From assembly GCA_964016885.1 (NCBI GenBank), contig OZ024743.1:63488001-63552000 (forward strand): a stretch of DNA of 64,000 nt. The letters are read 5' to 3'. This document shows, piece by piece, positions 48,745 to 62,299 of the stretch. Origin of the DNA: Eledone cirrhosa. Its lineage: Eukaryota. The notes beneath the pieces were generated by a model that was not told the DNA's origin, did no database searches, and saw only the letters and a program-made list of their open reading frames with translations. Numbering within the stretch: the first letter of the stretch is position 1; each line of letters opens with the position of its first letter. The translations under genes and the position numbers were made by a program.

Positions 48745-50555
48745 TTAACCCTTTAGCATTTAAATTGGCCATATCCGACCAGAATTCTCTCACCTCTTTC
48801 TGTTCAAACTGGCTGTAACTGGCCACTCATACTAATGTTAAGGTATTGTTCTCAAAATAAATAATATCAAAATCTCCTAGATTCAATATTATGTGAGATA
48901 ATTATGTGAAATAAAATGTTTACCATGAAAATACAATAGTATATATAGAGTAATCATCATCATCATCATCGTTTAACATCCATCTTCCACGCTAGGATGG
49001 GTCTGGACGGGAATTGTCCCGCTTGAGGCAAGATTGGTTGTCTCGCTCGTATAGGACTGTCTGGCAGGTTTTCTACGGCTGGATACCCTTCCTAACACCA
49101 ACCACGTTTACAGTGTGGACTGGGAGGTTTTTACTGTGTTACCTACACGGCCACATTACAACGTGGACTGTGTGTTTTTTTTGTCGTGACACCTACACAT
49201 CCTCATTTATTTAGGACTGGATGTTGTAGTACCAACATAGCTTTACATCGAAAGGGGTGGTGTAGATGGCGGTGGGGGTAGGGGTAGGGGTAGTGGGACA
49301 GGGGTGTATTTTGGTTAAGAGGTGCCTACTGACTGTAGTAGGTTTCACTTTGTACTTAGGTAAGGCGGGTCTTCTGTATTACTGTGTAGTGCCAAAGATC
49401 TCGGTCCAGTGACATTGTCTTGGAGAGGTGTAAGTGTGTGAGGTCAGATTTTATCAAGTTGTCCCAGGTTTTTCTGGGTCTGCCTACTCTGTAGCTACTG
49501 TCTATTTTGATCGCCCTGCACTTTTTTATACAGCTGTCATCTTTCATGCGCATCACGTGATCATACCAACGTAGTCTTCTCTCGAGTAAACAACATCTGA
49601 TCCCTCTTATTCCTAATTTCTCACTTAGTTAATTTATGCTTTGCCGTTCGCGTATATTACTATTACACATCCAACGGAGCATGCAAGCTTCGTTCCTCTC
49701 CAGTCTGCGTAGATCCTCTGCACACAAGGCCCAGGTCTCACTGCCATGTAACATTGCTGTTCGTATGCAGGCATCATACAGCTTGCCTTTTATTTTTAGA
49801 GAGAAACCTTTAGCAGCCAATAGTGGTATAAGCTCTCTGAACTTTTTCCATCCTGTTCTAACTCTAGATACAGTACTTTCAGAGCACCCTCCACCACTGC
49901 TGATTTTGCCACCCAGGTAATGGAAGGTGTCCACTATTTCTATAGAACCATCTGGGCAATGGAATGAGCTAGTATTCTGTGGGCATTTGCTGCTACTTAT
50001 TGCACCAGAACACCGACCACATATAAAATCTATATTCTTAGTTAGCTTACCTGTGATCCCACTACATCTTTTATGCACCCATACTTTGCATATGGGACAT
50101 AAAATAGAGTTTCTGCCTACTCCTTTCCTACACACTGAGCATGGCCATTTCCCAGATGGGACCAGTGCCCTATTCTCCTTCTTACATATTAGGACTTCAG
50201 TCTTAGACAAGTTAACTTTAAGGCCTTTTGATTCTAGGCCATGCTTCCATATTTGGAATTTCTTCTCTAGTTCAGCCATTGATTCGGCTATGAGCGTTAG
50301 ATCATCTGTGTATAGAAGTTCCCATGGGCAGCCGGTCTTGAACTCCTCCGTTATAGCTTGGAGGGCAATAAAAAATATGAGGGTGCTAAGGATGGAAACC
50401 TGATGAACACCAACTTTTACGCTAAACTCTTCACTATATTCGTTGTTAATTCTAACCTTGCTGACTGTTTCTTTATACATGGCTTGTATAGCTCTCACAA
50501 GCCATTCATCTACACCTTGTTTTCTAAGAGCCCACCGTAAGTGCTAAAGGGATAA
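48745..50555. mobile_element. piggyBac-type MITE (48745-48954 + 50537-50555) split by an RTE family A fragment (48955-50536, minus)
   Basis: the MITE halves rejoin to match 39361-39385; ORFs 49629..50498 and 49356..49556. Confidence 0.88.
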
Positions 50556-50776
50556 AGCATGTTCCAAACAGCTTAACGTTTTTGATACCGAACTGTCTGT
50601 TTATGTGAATATTTTAAATCTAAAAACCCTCAATCATGATTCTATGTAAGAATCTTTGTTAAGTTATGTTTCAAGCATGAGCTTAATAATGAGAAAATTA
50701 GTTATATTACTAAATCCCTCCAAATTCTTGATTATTTTGAAAATGACTTGAAAATCATTGGTGGTGCCTTTTATTA

Positions 50777-53700
50777 GACAAAAAGCACCCAGCCCACACT
50801 GTAAAGTGGTCATGTAGGTGTCACAACAAAAAGTACCCAGCCCACACTGTAAAGTGGTCATGTAGGTGTCGCAACAAAAAACACCCAGCCCACACTGTAA
50901 AGTGGTCATGTAGGTGTCACAACAAAAAGTACCCAGCCCACACTGTAAAGTGGTCGTGTAGGTGTCACAACAAAAAGCACCCAGCACACACTGTAATGTG
51001 GTCATGTAGGTGTCATGACAAAAAGCACCCAGCCCACACTGTAAAGTGGTCATGTAGGTGTCACAACAAAAAGCACCCATTCCACACTGTAAAGTGGTCA
51101 TGTAGGTGTCACAACAAAAAGCACCCAGCCCACACTGTAAAGTGATCATGTAGGTGTCAAAACAAAAAGCACCCAGCACACACTGTAATGTGGTCGTGTA
51201 GGTGTCACAACAAAAAGCACCCAGTTCACACTGTAAAGTGGTCATGTAGGTGTCACAACAAAAAAAAAGCAACCCACACTGTAAAGTGGTCATATAGGTG
51301 TCACAACAAAAAGCACCCAGCCCACACTGTAAAGTGGTCATGTAGGTGTCACAACAAAAAGCACACAACCCACACTGTAAAGTGGTCATGTAGGTGTCAC
51401 AACAAAAAGCACCCATTCCACACTGTAAAGTGGTCATGTAGGTGTCACAACAAAAAGCACCCAGCCCACACTGTAAAGTGATCATGTAGGTGTCAAAACA
51501 AAAAGCACCCAGCACACACTGTAATGTGGTCGTGTAGGTGTCACAACAAAAAGCACCCAGTTCACACTGTAAAGTGGTCATGTAGGTGTCACAACAAAAA
51601 AAAAGCAACCCACACTGTAAAGTGGTCATATAGGTGTCACAACAAAAAGCACCCAGCCCACACTGTAAAGTGGTCATGTAGGTGTCACAACAAAAAGCAC
51701 ACAACCCACACTGTAAAGTGGTCATGTAGGTGTCACAACAAAAAACACCCATTCCACACTGTAAAGTGGTCATGTAGGTGTCACAACAAAAAGCACCCAT
51801 TCCACACTGTAAAGTGGTCATGTAGGTGTCACAACAAAAAGCACCCAGCCCACACTGTAATGTGGTCGTGTAGGTGTCACAACAAAAAGCACCCAGCCAA
51901 CACTCGCTGTAAAGTGGTCATGTAGGTGTCACAACAAAAAGCACCCAGCCCACATTGTAAAGTGGTCATGTAGGTGTCACAACAAAAAGCACCCAGCACA
52001 CACTGTAATGTGGTCGTGTAGGTGTCACAACAAAAAGCACGCAGCCCACACTGTAAAGTGGTCATGTAGGTGTCACAACAAAAAGCACCCAGCCCACACT
52101 GTAAAGGGGTCATGTAGGTGTCACAACAAAAAGCACCCAGCCCACACTGTAAAGTGATCATATAGGTGTCACAACAAAAAGCACCCAGCCCACACTGTAA
52201 AGTGGTCATGTAGGTGTCACAACAAAAAGCACCCATTCCACACTGTAAAATGATCATGTAGGTGTCACAACAAAAAGCACCCAGCACACACTGTAATGTG
52301 GTCGTGTAGGTGTCACAACAAAAAGCACCCAGCCCACACTCACTGTAAAGTGGTCATGTAGGTGTCACAACAAAAAGCACCCAGCCCACATTGTAATGTG
52401 GTCATGTAGGTGTCACAACAAAAAGCACCCAGCCCACACTGTAAAGTGGTCATGTAGGTGTCACAACAAAAGGTACCCAGCACACACTGTAATGTGGTCA
52501 TGTAGGTGTCATGACAAAAAGCACCCAGCCCACACTGTAAAGTGGTCATGTAGGTGTCAAAATAAAAAGCACCCAGCACACACTGTAATGTGGTCGTGTA
52601 GGTGTCACAACAAAAAGTACCCAGCCCACACTGTAAAGTGGTCATGTAGGTGTCGCAACAAAAAACACCCAGCCCACACTGTAAAGTGGTCATGTAGGTG
52701 TCACAACAAAAAGTACCCAGCCCACACTGTAAAGTGGTCGTGTAGGTGTCACAACAAAAAGCACCCAGCACACACTGTAATGTGGTCATGTAGGTGTCAT
52801 GACAAAAAGCACCCAGCCCACACTGTAAAGTGGTCATGTAGGTGTCACAACAAAAAGCACCCAGCCCACACTCGCTGTAAAGTGGTCATGTAGGTGTCAC
52901 AACAAAAAGCACCCAGCCCACACTGTAAAGTGATCATGTAGGTGTCACAACAAAAAGCACCCAGCACACACTGTAATGTGGTCGTGTAGGTGTCACAACA
53001 AAAAGCACCCAGTTCACACTGTAAAGTGGTCATGTAGGTGTCACAACAAAAAAAAAAGCAACCCACACTGTAAAGTGGTCATATAGGTGTCACAACAAAA
53101 AGCACCCAGCCCACACTGTAAAGTGGTCATGTAGGTGTCACAACAAAAAGCACACAACCCACACTGTAAAGTGGTCATGTAGGTGTCACAACAAAAAGCA
53201 CCCAGCCCACACTGTAAAGTGGTCATGTAGGTGTCACAACAAAAAGCACCCAGCCCACATTGTAAAGTGGTCATGTAGGTGTCACAACAAAAAGCACCCA
53301 GCACACACTGTAATGTGGTCGTGTAGGTGTCACAACAAAAAGCACGCAGCCCACACTGTAAAGTGGTCATGTAGGTGTCACAACAAAAAGCACCCAGCCC
53401 ACACTGTAAAGGGGTCATGTAGGTGTCACAACAAAAAGCACCCAGCCCACACTGTAAAGTGATCATATAGGTGTCACAACAAAAAGCACCCAGCCCACAC
53501 TGTAAAGTGGTCATGTAGGTGTCACAACAAAAAGCACCCAGCACACACTGTAATGTGGTCGTGTAGGTGTCACAACAAAAAGCACCCAGCACACACTGTA
53601 ATGTGGTCATGTAGGTGTCATGACAAAAAGCACCCAGCCCACACTGTAAACTTGTCATGTAGGTGTCACAACAAAAAGCACCCATTCCACACTGTAAAGT

Positions 53701-56700
53701 GGTCATGTAGGTGTCACAACAAAAAGCACCCAGCCCACACTGTAAAGTGGTCATGTAGGTGTCACAACAAAAAGTACCCAGCACACACTGTAATGTGGTC
53801 ATGTAGGTGTCATGACAAAAAGCACCCAGCCCACACTGTAAAGTGGTCATGTAGGTGTCAAAACAAAAAGCACCCAGCACACACTGTAATGTGGTCGTGT
53901 AGGTGTCACAACAAAAAGCACGCAGCCCACACTGTAAAGTGGTCATGTAGGTGTCACAACAAAAAGCACCCAGCCCACACTGTAAAGGGGTCATGTAGGT
54001 GTCACAACAAAAAGCACCCAGCCCACACTGTAAAGTGATCATATAGGTGTCACAACAAAAAGCACCCAGCCCACACTGTAAAGTGGTCATGTAGGTGTCA
54101 CAACAAAAAGCACCCATTCCACACTGTAAAATGATCATGTAGGTGTCACAACAAAAAGCACCCAGCACACACTGTAATGTGGTCGTGTAGGTGTCACAAC
54201 AAAAAGCACCCAGCCCACACTCGCTGTAAAGTGGTCATGTAGGTGTCACAACAAAAAGCACCCAGCCCACATTGTAATGTGGTCATGTAGGTGTCACAAC
54301 AAAAAGCACCCAGCCCACACTGTAAAGTGGTCATGTAGGTGTCACAACAAAAAGTACCCAGCACACACTGTAATGTGGTCATGTAGGTGTCATGACAAAA
54401 AGCACCCAGCCCACACTGTAAAGTGGTCATGTAGGTGTCAAAACAAAAAGCACCCAGCACACACTGTAATGTGGTCGTGTAGGTGTCACAACAAAAAGTA
54501 CCCAGCCCACACTGTAAAGTGGTCATGTAGGTGTCGCAACAAAAAACACCCAGCCCACACTGTAAAGTGGTCATGTAGGTGTCACAACAAAAAGTACCCA
54601 GCCCACACTGTAAAGTGGTCGTGTAGGTGTCACAACAAAAAGCACCCAGCACACACTGTAATGTGGTCATGTAGGTGTCATGACAAAAAGCACCCAGCCC
54701 ACACTGTAAACTTGTCATGTAGGTGTCACAACAAAAAGCACCCATTCCACACTGTAAAGTGGTCATGTAGGTGTCACAACAAAAAGCACCCAGCCCACAC
54801 TGTAAAGTGATCATGTAGGTGTCAAAACAAAAAGCACCCAGCACACACTGTAATGTGGTCGTGTAGGTGTCACAACAAAAAGCACCCAGTTCACACTGTA
54901 AAGTGGTCATGTAGGTGTCACAACAAAAAAAAAAGCAACCCACACTGTAAAGTGGTCATATAGGTGTCACAACAAAAAGCACCCAGCCCACACTGTAAAG
55001 TGGTCATGTAGGTGTCACAACAAAAAGCACACAACCCACACTGTAAAGTGGTCATGTAGGTGTCACAACAAAAAGCACCCAGCCCACACTGTAAAGTGGT
55101 CATGTAGGTGTCACAACAAAAAGCACCCAGCCCACATTGTAAAGTGGTCATGTAGGTGTCACAACAAAAAGCACCCAGCACACACTGTAATGTGGTCGTG
55201 TAGGTGTCACAACAAAAAGCACGCAGCCCACACTGTAAAGTGGTCATGTAGGTGTCACAACAAAAAGCACCCAGCCCACACTGTAAAGGGGTCATGTAGG
55301 TGTCACAACAAAAAGCACCCAGCCCACACTGTAAAGTGATCATATAGGTGTCACAACAAAAAGCACCCAGCCCACACTGTAAAGTGGTCATGTAGGTGTC
55401 ACAACAAAAAGCACCCATTCCACACTGTAAAATGATCATGTAGGTGTCACAACAAAAAGCACCCAGCACACACTGTAATGTGGTCGTGTAGGTGTCACAA
55501 CAAAAAGCACCCAGCCCACACTCGCTGTAAAGTGGTCATGTAGGTGTCACAAAAAAAAGCACCCAGCCCACATTGTAATGTGGTCATGTAGGTGTCACAA
55601 CAAAAAGCACCCAGCCCACACTGTAAAGTGGTCATGTAGGTGTCACAACAAAAAGTACCCAGCACACACTGTAATGTGGTCATGTAGGTGTCATGACAAA
55701 AAGCACCCAGCCCACACTGTAAAGTGGTCATGTAGGTGTCAAAACAAAAAGCACCCAGCACACACTGTAATGTGGTCGTGTAGGTGTCGCAACAAAAAGC
55801 ACCCAGCCCACACTGTAAAGTGGTCATGTAGGTGTCACAACAAAAAGCACCCATTTCACACTGTAAAGTGGTCATGTAGGTGTCACAACAAAAAGCACCC
55901 AGCCCACACTGTAAAGGGGTCTTGTAGGTGTCACAACATAAAGCACCTAGCCCACACTGTAAAGTAATCATGTAGGTGTCACAACAAAAAGCACCCAGCA
56001 CATACTGTAATGTGGTCGTGTAGGTGTCACAACAAAAAGCACCCAGCACACACTGTAATGTGGTCATGTAGGTGTCATGACAAAAAGCACCCAGCCCACA
56101 CTGTAAACTTGTCATGTAGGTGTCACAACAAAAAGCACCCATTCCACACTGTAAAGTGGTCATGTAGGTGTCACAACAAAAAGCACCCAGCCCACACTGT
56201 AAAGTGATCATGTAGGTGTCAAAACAAAAAGCACCCAGCACACACTGTAATGTGGTCGTGTAGGTGTCACAACAAAAAGCACCCAGTTCACACTGTAAAG
56301 TGGTCATGTAGGTGTCACAACAAAAAAAAAAGCAACCCACACTGTAAAGTGGTCATATAGGTGTCACAACAAAAAGCACCCAGCCCACACTGTAAAGTGG
56401 TCATGTAGGTGTCACAACAAAAAGCACACAACCCACACTGTAAAGTGGTCATGTAGGTGTCACAACAAAAAGCACCCAGCCCACACTGTAAAGTGGTCAT
56501 GTAGGTGTCACAACAAAAAGCACCCAGCCCACATTGTAAAGTGGTCATGTAGGTGTCACAACAAAAAGCACCCAGCACACACTGTAATGTGGTCGTGTAG
56601 GTGTCACAACAAAAAGCACGCAGCCCACACTGTAAAGTGGTCATGTAGGTGTCACAACAAAAAGCACCCAGCCCACACTGTAAAGGGGTCATGTAGGTGT

Positions 56701-57867
56701 CACAACAAAAAGCACCCAGCCCACACTGTAAAGTGATCATATAGGTGTCACAACAAAAAGCACCCAGCCCACACTGTAAAGTGGTCATGTAGGTGTCACA
56801 ACAAAAAGCACCCATTCCACACTGTAAAATGATCATGTAGGTGTCACAACAAAAAGCACCCAGCACACACTGTAATGTGGTCGTGTAGGTGTCACAACAA
56901 AAAGCACCCAGCCCACACTCGCTGTAAAGTGGTCATGTAGGTGTCACAAAAAAAAGCACCCAGCCCACATTGTAATGTGGTCATGTAGGTGTCACAACAA
57001 AAAGCACCCAGCCCACACTGTAAAGTGGTCATGTAGGTGTCACAACAAAAAGTACCCAGCACACACTGTAATGTGGTCATGTAGGTGTCATGACAAAAAG
57101 CACCCAGCCCACACTGTAAAGTGGTCATGTAGGTGTCAAAACAAAAAGCACCCAGCACACACTGTAATGTGGTCGTGTAGGTGTCGCAACAAAAAGCACC
57201 CAGCCCACACTGTAAAGTGGTCATGTAGGTGTCACAACAAAAAGCACCCATTTCACACTGTAAAGTGGTCATGTAGGTGTCACAACAAAAAGCACCCAGC
57301 CCACACTGTAAAGGGGTCTTGTAGGTGTCACAACATAAAGCACCTAGCCCACACTGTAAAGTAATCATGTAGGTGTCACAACAAAAAGCACCCAGCACAT
57401 ACTGTAATGTGGTCGTGTAGCTGTCATGACAAAAAGCACCCAGTTCACACTGTAAAGTGGTCATGTAGGTGTCACAACAAAAAGCACCCAGTTCACACTG
57501 TAAAGTGGTCATGTAGGTGTCACAACAAAAAGCACCCAGCCCACACTGTAAAGTGGTCATATAGGTGTCACAACAAAAAGCACCCAGCCCACACTGTAAA
57601 GTGGTCATGTAGGTGTCACAACAAAAAGCACACAGCCCACACTGTAAAGTGGTCATGTAGGTGTCACAACAAAAAGCACCCAGCCCACACTGTAAAATGA
57701 TCATGTAGGTGTCAACAAAAAGCACACAGCCCACACTGTAAAGGGGTCATGTAGGTGTCACAACAAAAAGCACCCAGCCCACACTGTAAAGTGATCATGT
57801 AGGTGTCACAACAAAAAGCACCCAGCCCACACTGTAAAGTGGTCATGCAGGTGTCACAACAAAAAGC
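50777..57867 (+). repeat. 48-bp satellite, roughly 147 units, derived from the RTE 3'UTR
   Basis: unit caaaaagcacccagcccacactgtaaagtggtcatgtaggtgtcacaa; 16-aa periodicity in the ORF track. Confidence 0.98.
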
Positions 57868-58034
57868 GTTATGAAGGGCATCCAGCTGTAGAAACCTAGC
57901 CAGAAACAGTTCTATATGAGCAAGACACTGTCACCTGACTCAATTTGCTTCTAACAGGACAACCCATCTAACCTAGCATGGGAAATGGACATTAAACGAT
58001 GATGATGATGATGATGATGACGATGATGATGATG
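57868..58034 (+). mobile_element. RTE terminal segment and (GAT)n tail capping the satellite
   Basis: gaagggcatccagctgtagaaacc..ctagcatgggaaatggacattaaac(gat)n. Confidence 0.9.
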
Positions 58035-58575
58035 AAAGGGTTAGCAAGGTATTTATTTTATCAAAACTGGAGAGACTAGAACTATCAATCAGTTGCCCTC
58101 TTGTTGTTAATAATATTACAGATATTTTACTTACAAATATATCATCAAATATATCATCATCAGTCTTCTGTCTCTCTTATTTCTCCATCCATCATCATTA
58201 CCTTTTATTTTAAGTCAGCAAGAAGCATTAGTTTTGTAATGAGACTATGATGATTGCCTTTGTTATTTAATATCTATATGAAGAGCATCAGATAACGATT
58301 TTGTTTTTTAATGTCAACAGATAGCCAGAGAATTAATGATTTGATGTTGTTTTTATAATAAACCATTTGTTAGCTGATATCAAGACACTCGGTGGCATTG
58401 CTGCAGGTGACAGCAAGGCTAAGAAACTGGGGTAGTCTAGCAACCTCGCAAGTATCAACTGTCACTTTAATAGGGGAACACCAGTATTATAGCATGTAAT
58501 TGAATGTGCACATCAGTTTTTCTCTCACAATTCTGATTGATTTGATTCTTTTGTAAATCATATTTATATTAATAA

Positions 58576-58808
58576 CTAGCAAAAGAACCCATCGTTTCCG
58601 GGAACACCTTTCACCACTGTAAATAAAGACCCTCCCCCTCTCTCTCTCCTCAACATGGCCCAGAACTCTGTTATTTCAGAGGAGAAAAAGATTTAAACTC
58701 TATGTTGACATGTTCCAGGAGCTAAATTTGAACAAAATTGGATGGAAACTGGGGAAATGCATCGCCTGCATACAGACAGTCAGACATGTTTGTTTTTATA
58801 TATATAGA
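58576..58808 (-). mobile_element. Non-autonomous Helitron, 233 bp
   Basis: minus strand A|TCTATATATATAAAAAC..tgtctg ... CCCGGAAACGATGGG..CTAG|T. Confidence 0.8.
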
Positions 58809-59099
58809 TTGTGTTTATATGTACAAGATGTTCAGAAAAGGGAATAAATATATATAGATAGTTGATATTTCTATATACAAATAGTAGATATCTCTATATA
58901 TAGATAGTTGATATTTCTATACACAGATAGTTGATATCTCTATATACAGACAGTTGATATCTATAAAGATGCTATGTGATATTTTTTCTTCTTAAGAACC
59001 TTCTGATAATCCTCTTGTTAGAAGTTACTTGATATTTGATATCTATATAAGAACCATCTAATAAATAGTTTTCTGCAAATTCTTTGTCAGTAATTAAAA

Positions 59100-59385
59100 G
59101 GGTAAAGACATCCTTTGGTCATGAATGACCATGCGTTTTACACCTAGAAAGTTCTTCTAGGCACAAGCCTAGCCAAAGTGTTTTTGTGGAAGACCAGCAG
59201 TCACCCAGGATACCAGTCTCCCTTGTCCATGCCACTGTTGTTGTTCAAGGGAAAGACAAAAATCAATACACTGACATCGCAACTCATTTCCACAGCAATG
59301 TGAAATAAAGTGTCTTGTTCAAGGACCCAGTGCATCACCTGGTCCGGGAATCAAATTTTCTAACCATTAAGTCACATGCCTTCAC
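59100..59385 (-). mobile_element. SINE S1-related copy
   Basis: antisense gaaggcatgtgacttaatggttag..ccttgaacaagacactttatttcac. Confidence 0.65.
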
Positions 59386-59632
59386 ATTGTCAGTAATTAT
59401 ATCATGGTAAATACATTGCTTAGTAATTTCATCAGAAGGTAATTGACTCCATGATCCAATAAATCGTAGGTAAATTCATCACCATGCTTTTTATCCATAG
59501 AATAAATAAATCACTAAACCTTATTTAAAGGTCAACTTTGCCTTTCATCCTTACGGGGTCGCTAAAATAAAGTACCAGTAATGTACTGATAATTGCTGGC
59601 CTTGTGCCAAAAGTAGAAACAATTATTTAAAG

Positions 59633-59778
59633 CAGGCATGAGCAACTTCTTTTAAACAGTGGGCTGCATGAGATATGGTTCATCATAAGGTGAGCTGCAC
59701 TGCTAAAAAAGCTCAAGGTAATTTTTCATTAGATATGCTATTTAGAAAAGGAAATGGGCCGCAGTTTACCCATGACTG
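59633..59778. mobile_element. hAT (Charlie-like) MITE
   Basis: CAGGCATGAGCAAC ... GTTTACCCATGACTG; flanks atttaaag/attaaagg resemble an 8-bp TSD. Confidence 0.6.
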
Positions 59779-59849
59779 ATTAAAGGTTTTGATTTTCAGA
59801 GCAAATGTCATATTTCATTAACAGTGAACTGTAGAGGATGATGGGAATA

Positions 59850-59990
59850 GAGCCAGTGATGAAAGTTGTGATGAGAACTGAAATGAAATGGCTGTATCAT
59901 GTGTTGAGGGAGGATGAAAGTGATTGGGTGAGAGAAGTGATGGAAATGAATGTGGAAGTAGAGGGAGTTGATGATAGGGCAACAGGGAGG
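59850..59990 (+). mobile_element. Old RTE C-terminal fragment
   Basis: MKWLYHVLREDESDWVREVMEMNVEVEG resembles RLRWYGHVMRM..VEG. Confidence 0.6.
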
Positions 59991-60247
59991 AGCTTGTCAT
60001 TCCTTCTCTGCACAGCTAAATCCTGATTTAGTAGAGGCTTAAAATATTTGTTGTAATTTACATTGTTAGGAGCAAAAGCATTATAGATTAAACAAGCCCC
60101 TCCTCTCACATATAGATTGCCCACACTTATTGTCATAACAGCTACAAATATATTAACCAATATGTATGTACCATTTATTTCTGAGAATCATTACAACCAC
60201 CACCACCACCACCATCATCAATGTCATCAACATCAACATCATCATTC

Positions 60248-60283
<36 letters not shown>

Positions 60284-61289
60284 CCATCATTTTACATATT
60301 TTTTTCATTCTAGCTTATATTGGATAGTTCATTTCTTGCACGGGCCATGGTCAGTCATCATCTCCTTCTGATTACATAGCAGATCTAGGATCAAATACAT
60401 TCTAGCCATGACCCACCAGACATATTCTACATTGGGCTCCATTATCCATATGTTCTTGCTATTTATAAGCATTGTTGTTGTTTAGACCTTGGCAACTCTA
60501 ATTGAGAAGACTTGCAAAGTCATTCTGGCTATGACCATCCCACCTTTTTTTAAAACAGTAAAATGATGTTGATGATGATGATGATGATGACTGCATGTGT
60601 GAATACATTATCTTTCTTCTTCTACCATTGCTGCAAGGATCCCTGTTTCTTGGGGCTTGTTGAACCCATGCCATTTTCATCCAGACACAACTCACTTATC
60701 TCTCTACCACTCATTAGCGAAGATGTGTCCAGTTTCCCATGTCTTATACTAAGCCTTATGTCCTGTACTTCTTGCCCAGAATGTTGGCCATCTGGAACCC
60801 CCCTTTGCGTATGTCTTTCTCAAAGAAGCAGATCTACAACAATTTGAACAGAACATCAACTTCTCTGGGCTTGAAGGGCATATGAAAACCCCCAAACCTA
60901 CCAAGTAAAAATAAGTATGATGAGATTTGGTTGCTATTTTTAGCAATTCCACATGCTAATTCTAGATGGTGAATCGGCAGAGTTGTTAGAGAGGTGGATT
61001 AAATACTTTGGTATTTGTTTTGGTGCTCTGTGCTCTGAGTTCAAATCTCACTGTGGTCAACTTTGCCTTTCATCCTTTCAGGGTTGATAAATAAAGTACC
61101 AGTCTAGAGGCAGTGGGTTGGTGAAATTGTTAAGAGTTGAATGTGATCCTTTTTCTTAATTTGATCCACTCTGTGCTTTCTGAGTTCAAATCCTGTCTTT
61201 TTTTGCCAGGAGATGTGATTAGCAATTAGTGATTAGTATCAGCAATGAATAGGCCCTATGGGAATATAGTCTTTTTAATCTAATATAAT

Positions 61290-61475
61290 TGTTTCTACTT
61301 TTGGCACAAGGCCAGCAATTACCCAGTTCATTACTGGTACTTTATTTTATCGACCCCGTAAGGATGAAAGGCAAAGTTAACCTCGGCGGGATTTGAACTC
61401 AGAATGGCAAGGGCCGTAACTCTATGCATCAAAGCATGGCGTCCGACCCTCTACCGATACTACCAATCCCCGCCC
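61290..61475 (-). mobile_element. tRNA-derived SINE S2 with 20-bp TSD
   Basis: tctttttaatctaatataat at 61270-61289 and 61476-61495; close match to the 38773 copy; older copies at 60965-61200 and 59530-59625. Confidence 0.92.
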
Positions 61476-61889
61476 TCTTTTTAATCTAATATAATGATTG
61501 GCTATTTTTAGCAGACCATGTGACCATTTGCTCAATAATGTCCATCCCTTTAGAAAAGGTAACACAGTGCTTATTTAGCAGTTATAAAACAGCATGAAGT
61601 TTAAAATATATATATAGATATTGCCATGCTTGGCTTAATTCTCACTACAGCCTTAACATAGTTTTTATATTATAGTCACTTGCCTGTTGAAGGCACTAGC
61701 TTTCTCTCATAAGTTAATCCTGACACAAGGCATAAAACTATAAATAAAAGCAGGATTTAAACAACAAACAGACGAACTGCCACTTAATTTACAGTTTAAA
61801 ACCATAACTTAGCATGATTAATAACATTCCTCTCTTCCTCACCTCTCTCTCTCTCTTCTATCTTTCTTTCTCTCTCTCTCTCTCTTCCC

Positions 61890-61928
61890 AAGAAGAAGAA
61901 GAAGAAGAAGAAGAAGAAGAAGAAGAAG

Positions 61929-61962
<34 letters not shown>
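61890..61962. repeat. Compound (GAA)n(CAA)n microsatellite
   Basis: direct reading. Confidence 0.95.
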
Positions 61963-61963
<1 letters not shown>

Positions 61964-62092
61964 AAACATATTTGCCACAAGGGAACTGGATAAAAGTGAC
62001 ATTACAAAAACAGGTTGCAACATGAATGTAGGAGTTTAAATGGAAGTGCAGAAAATAATTAACCATAATAATATGTCACGTGTGTGTGTATA

Positions 62093-62201
<109 letters not shown>

Positions 62202-62224
62202 ATATATATATATATATATGTATG

Positions 62225-62297
<73 letters not shown>

Positions 62298-62299
<2 letters not shown>

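Noticed and set aside
50664-57734. Cys-rich 16-aa repeat ORFs (MTTLQCGLGAFCCDTY / KWSCRCHNKKHPAHTV) as a protein gene
   Set aside because: By-product of a 48-bp unit (multiple of 3) open on both strands and broken by +1/+4 indels; unit derives from the LINE 3'UTR
50777-57867. CRISPR-like array
   Set aside because: Contiguous tandem units with no unique spacers; eukaryotic context; no cas genes
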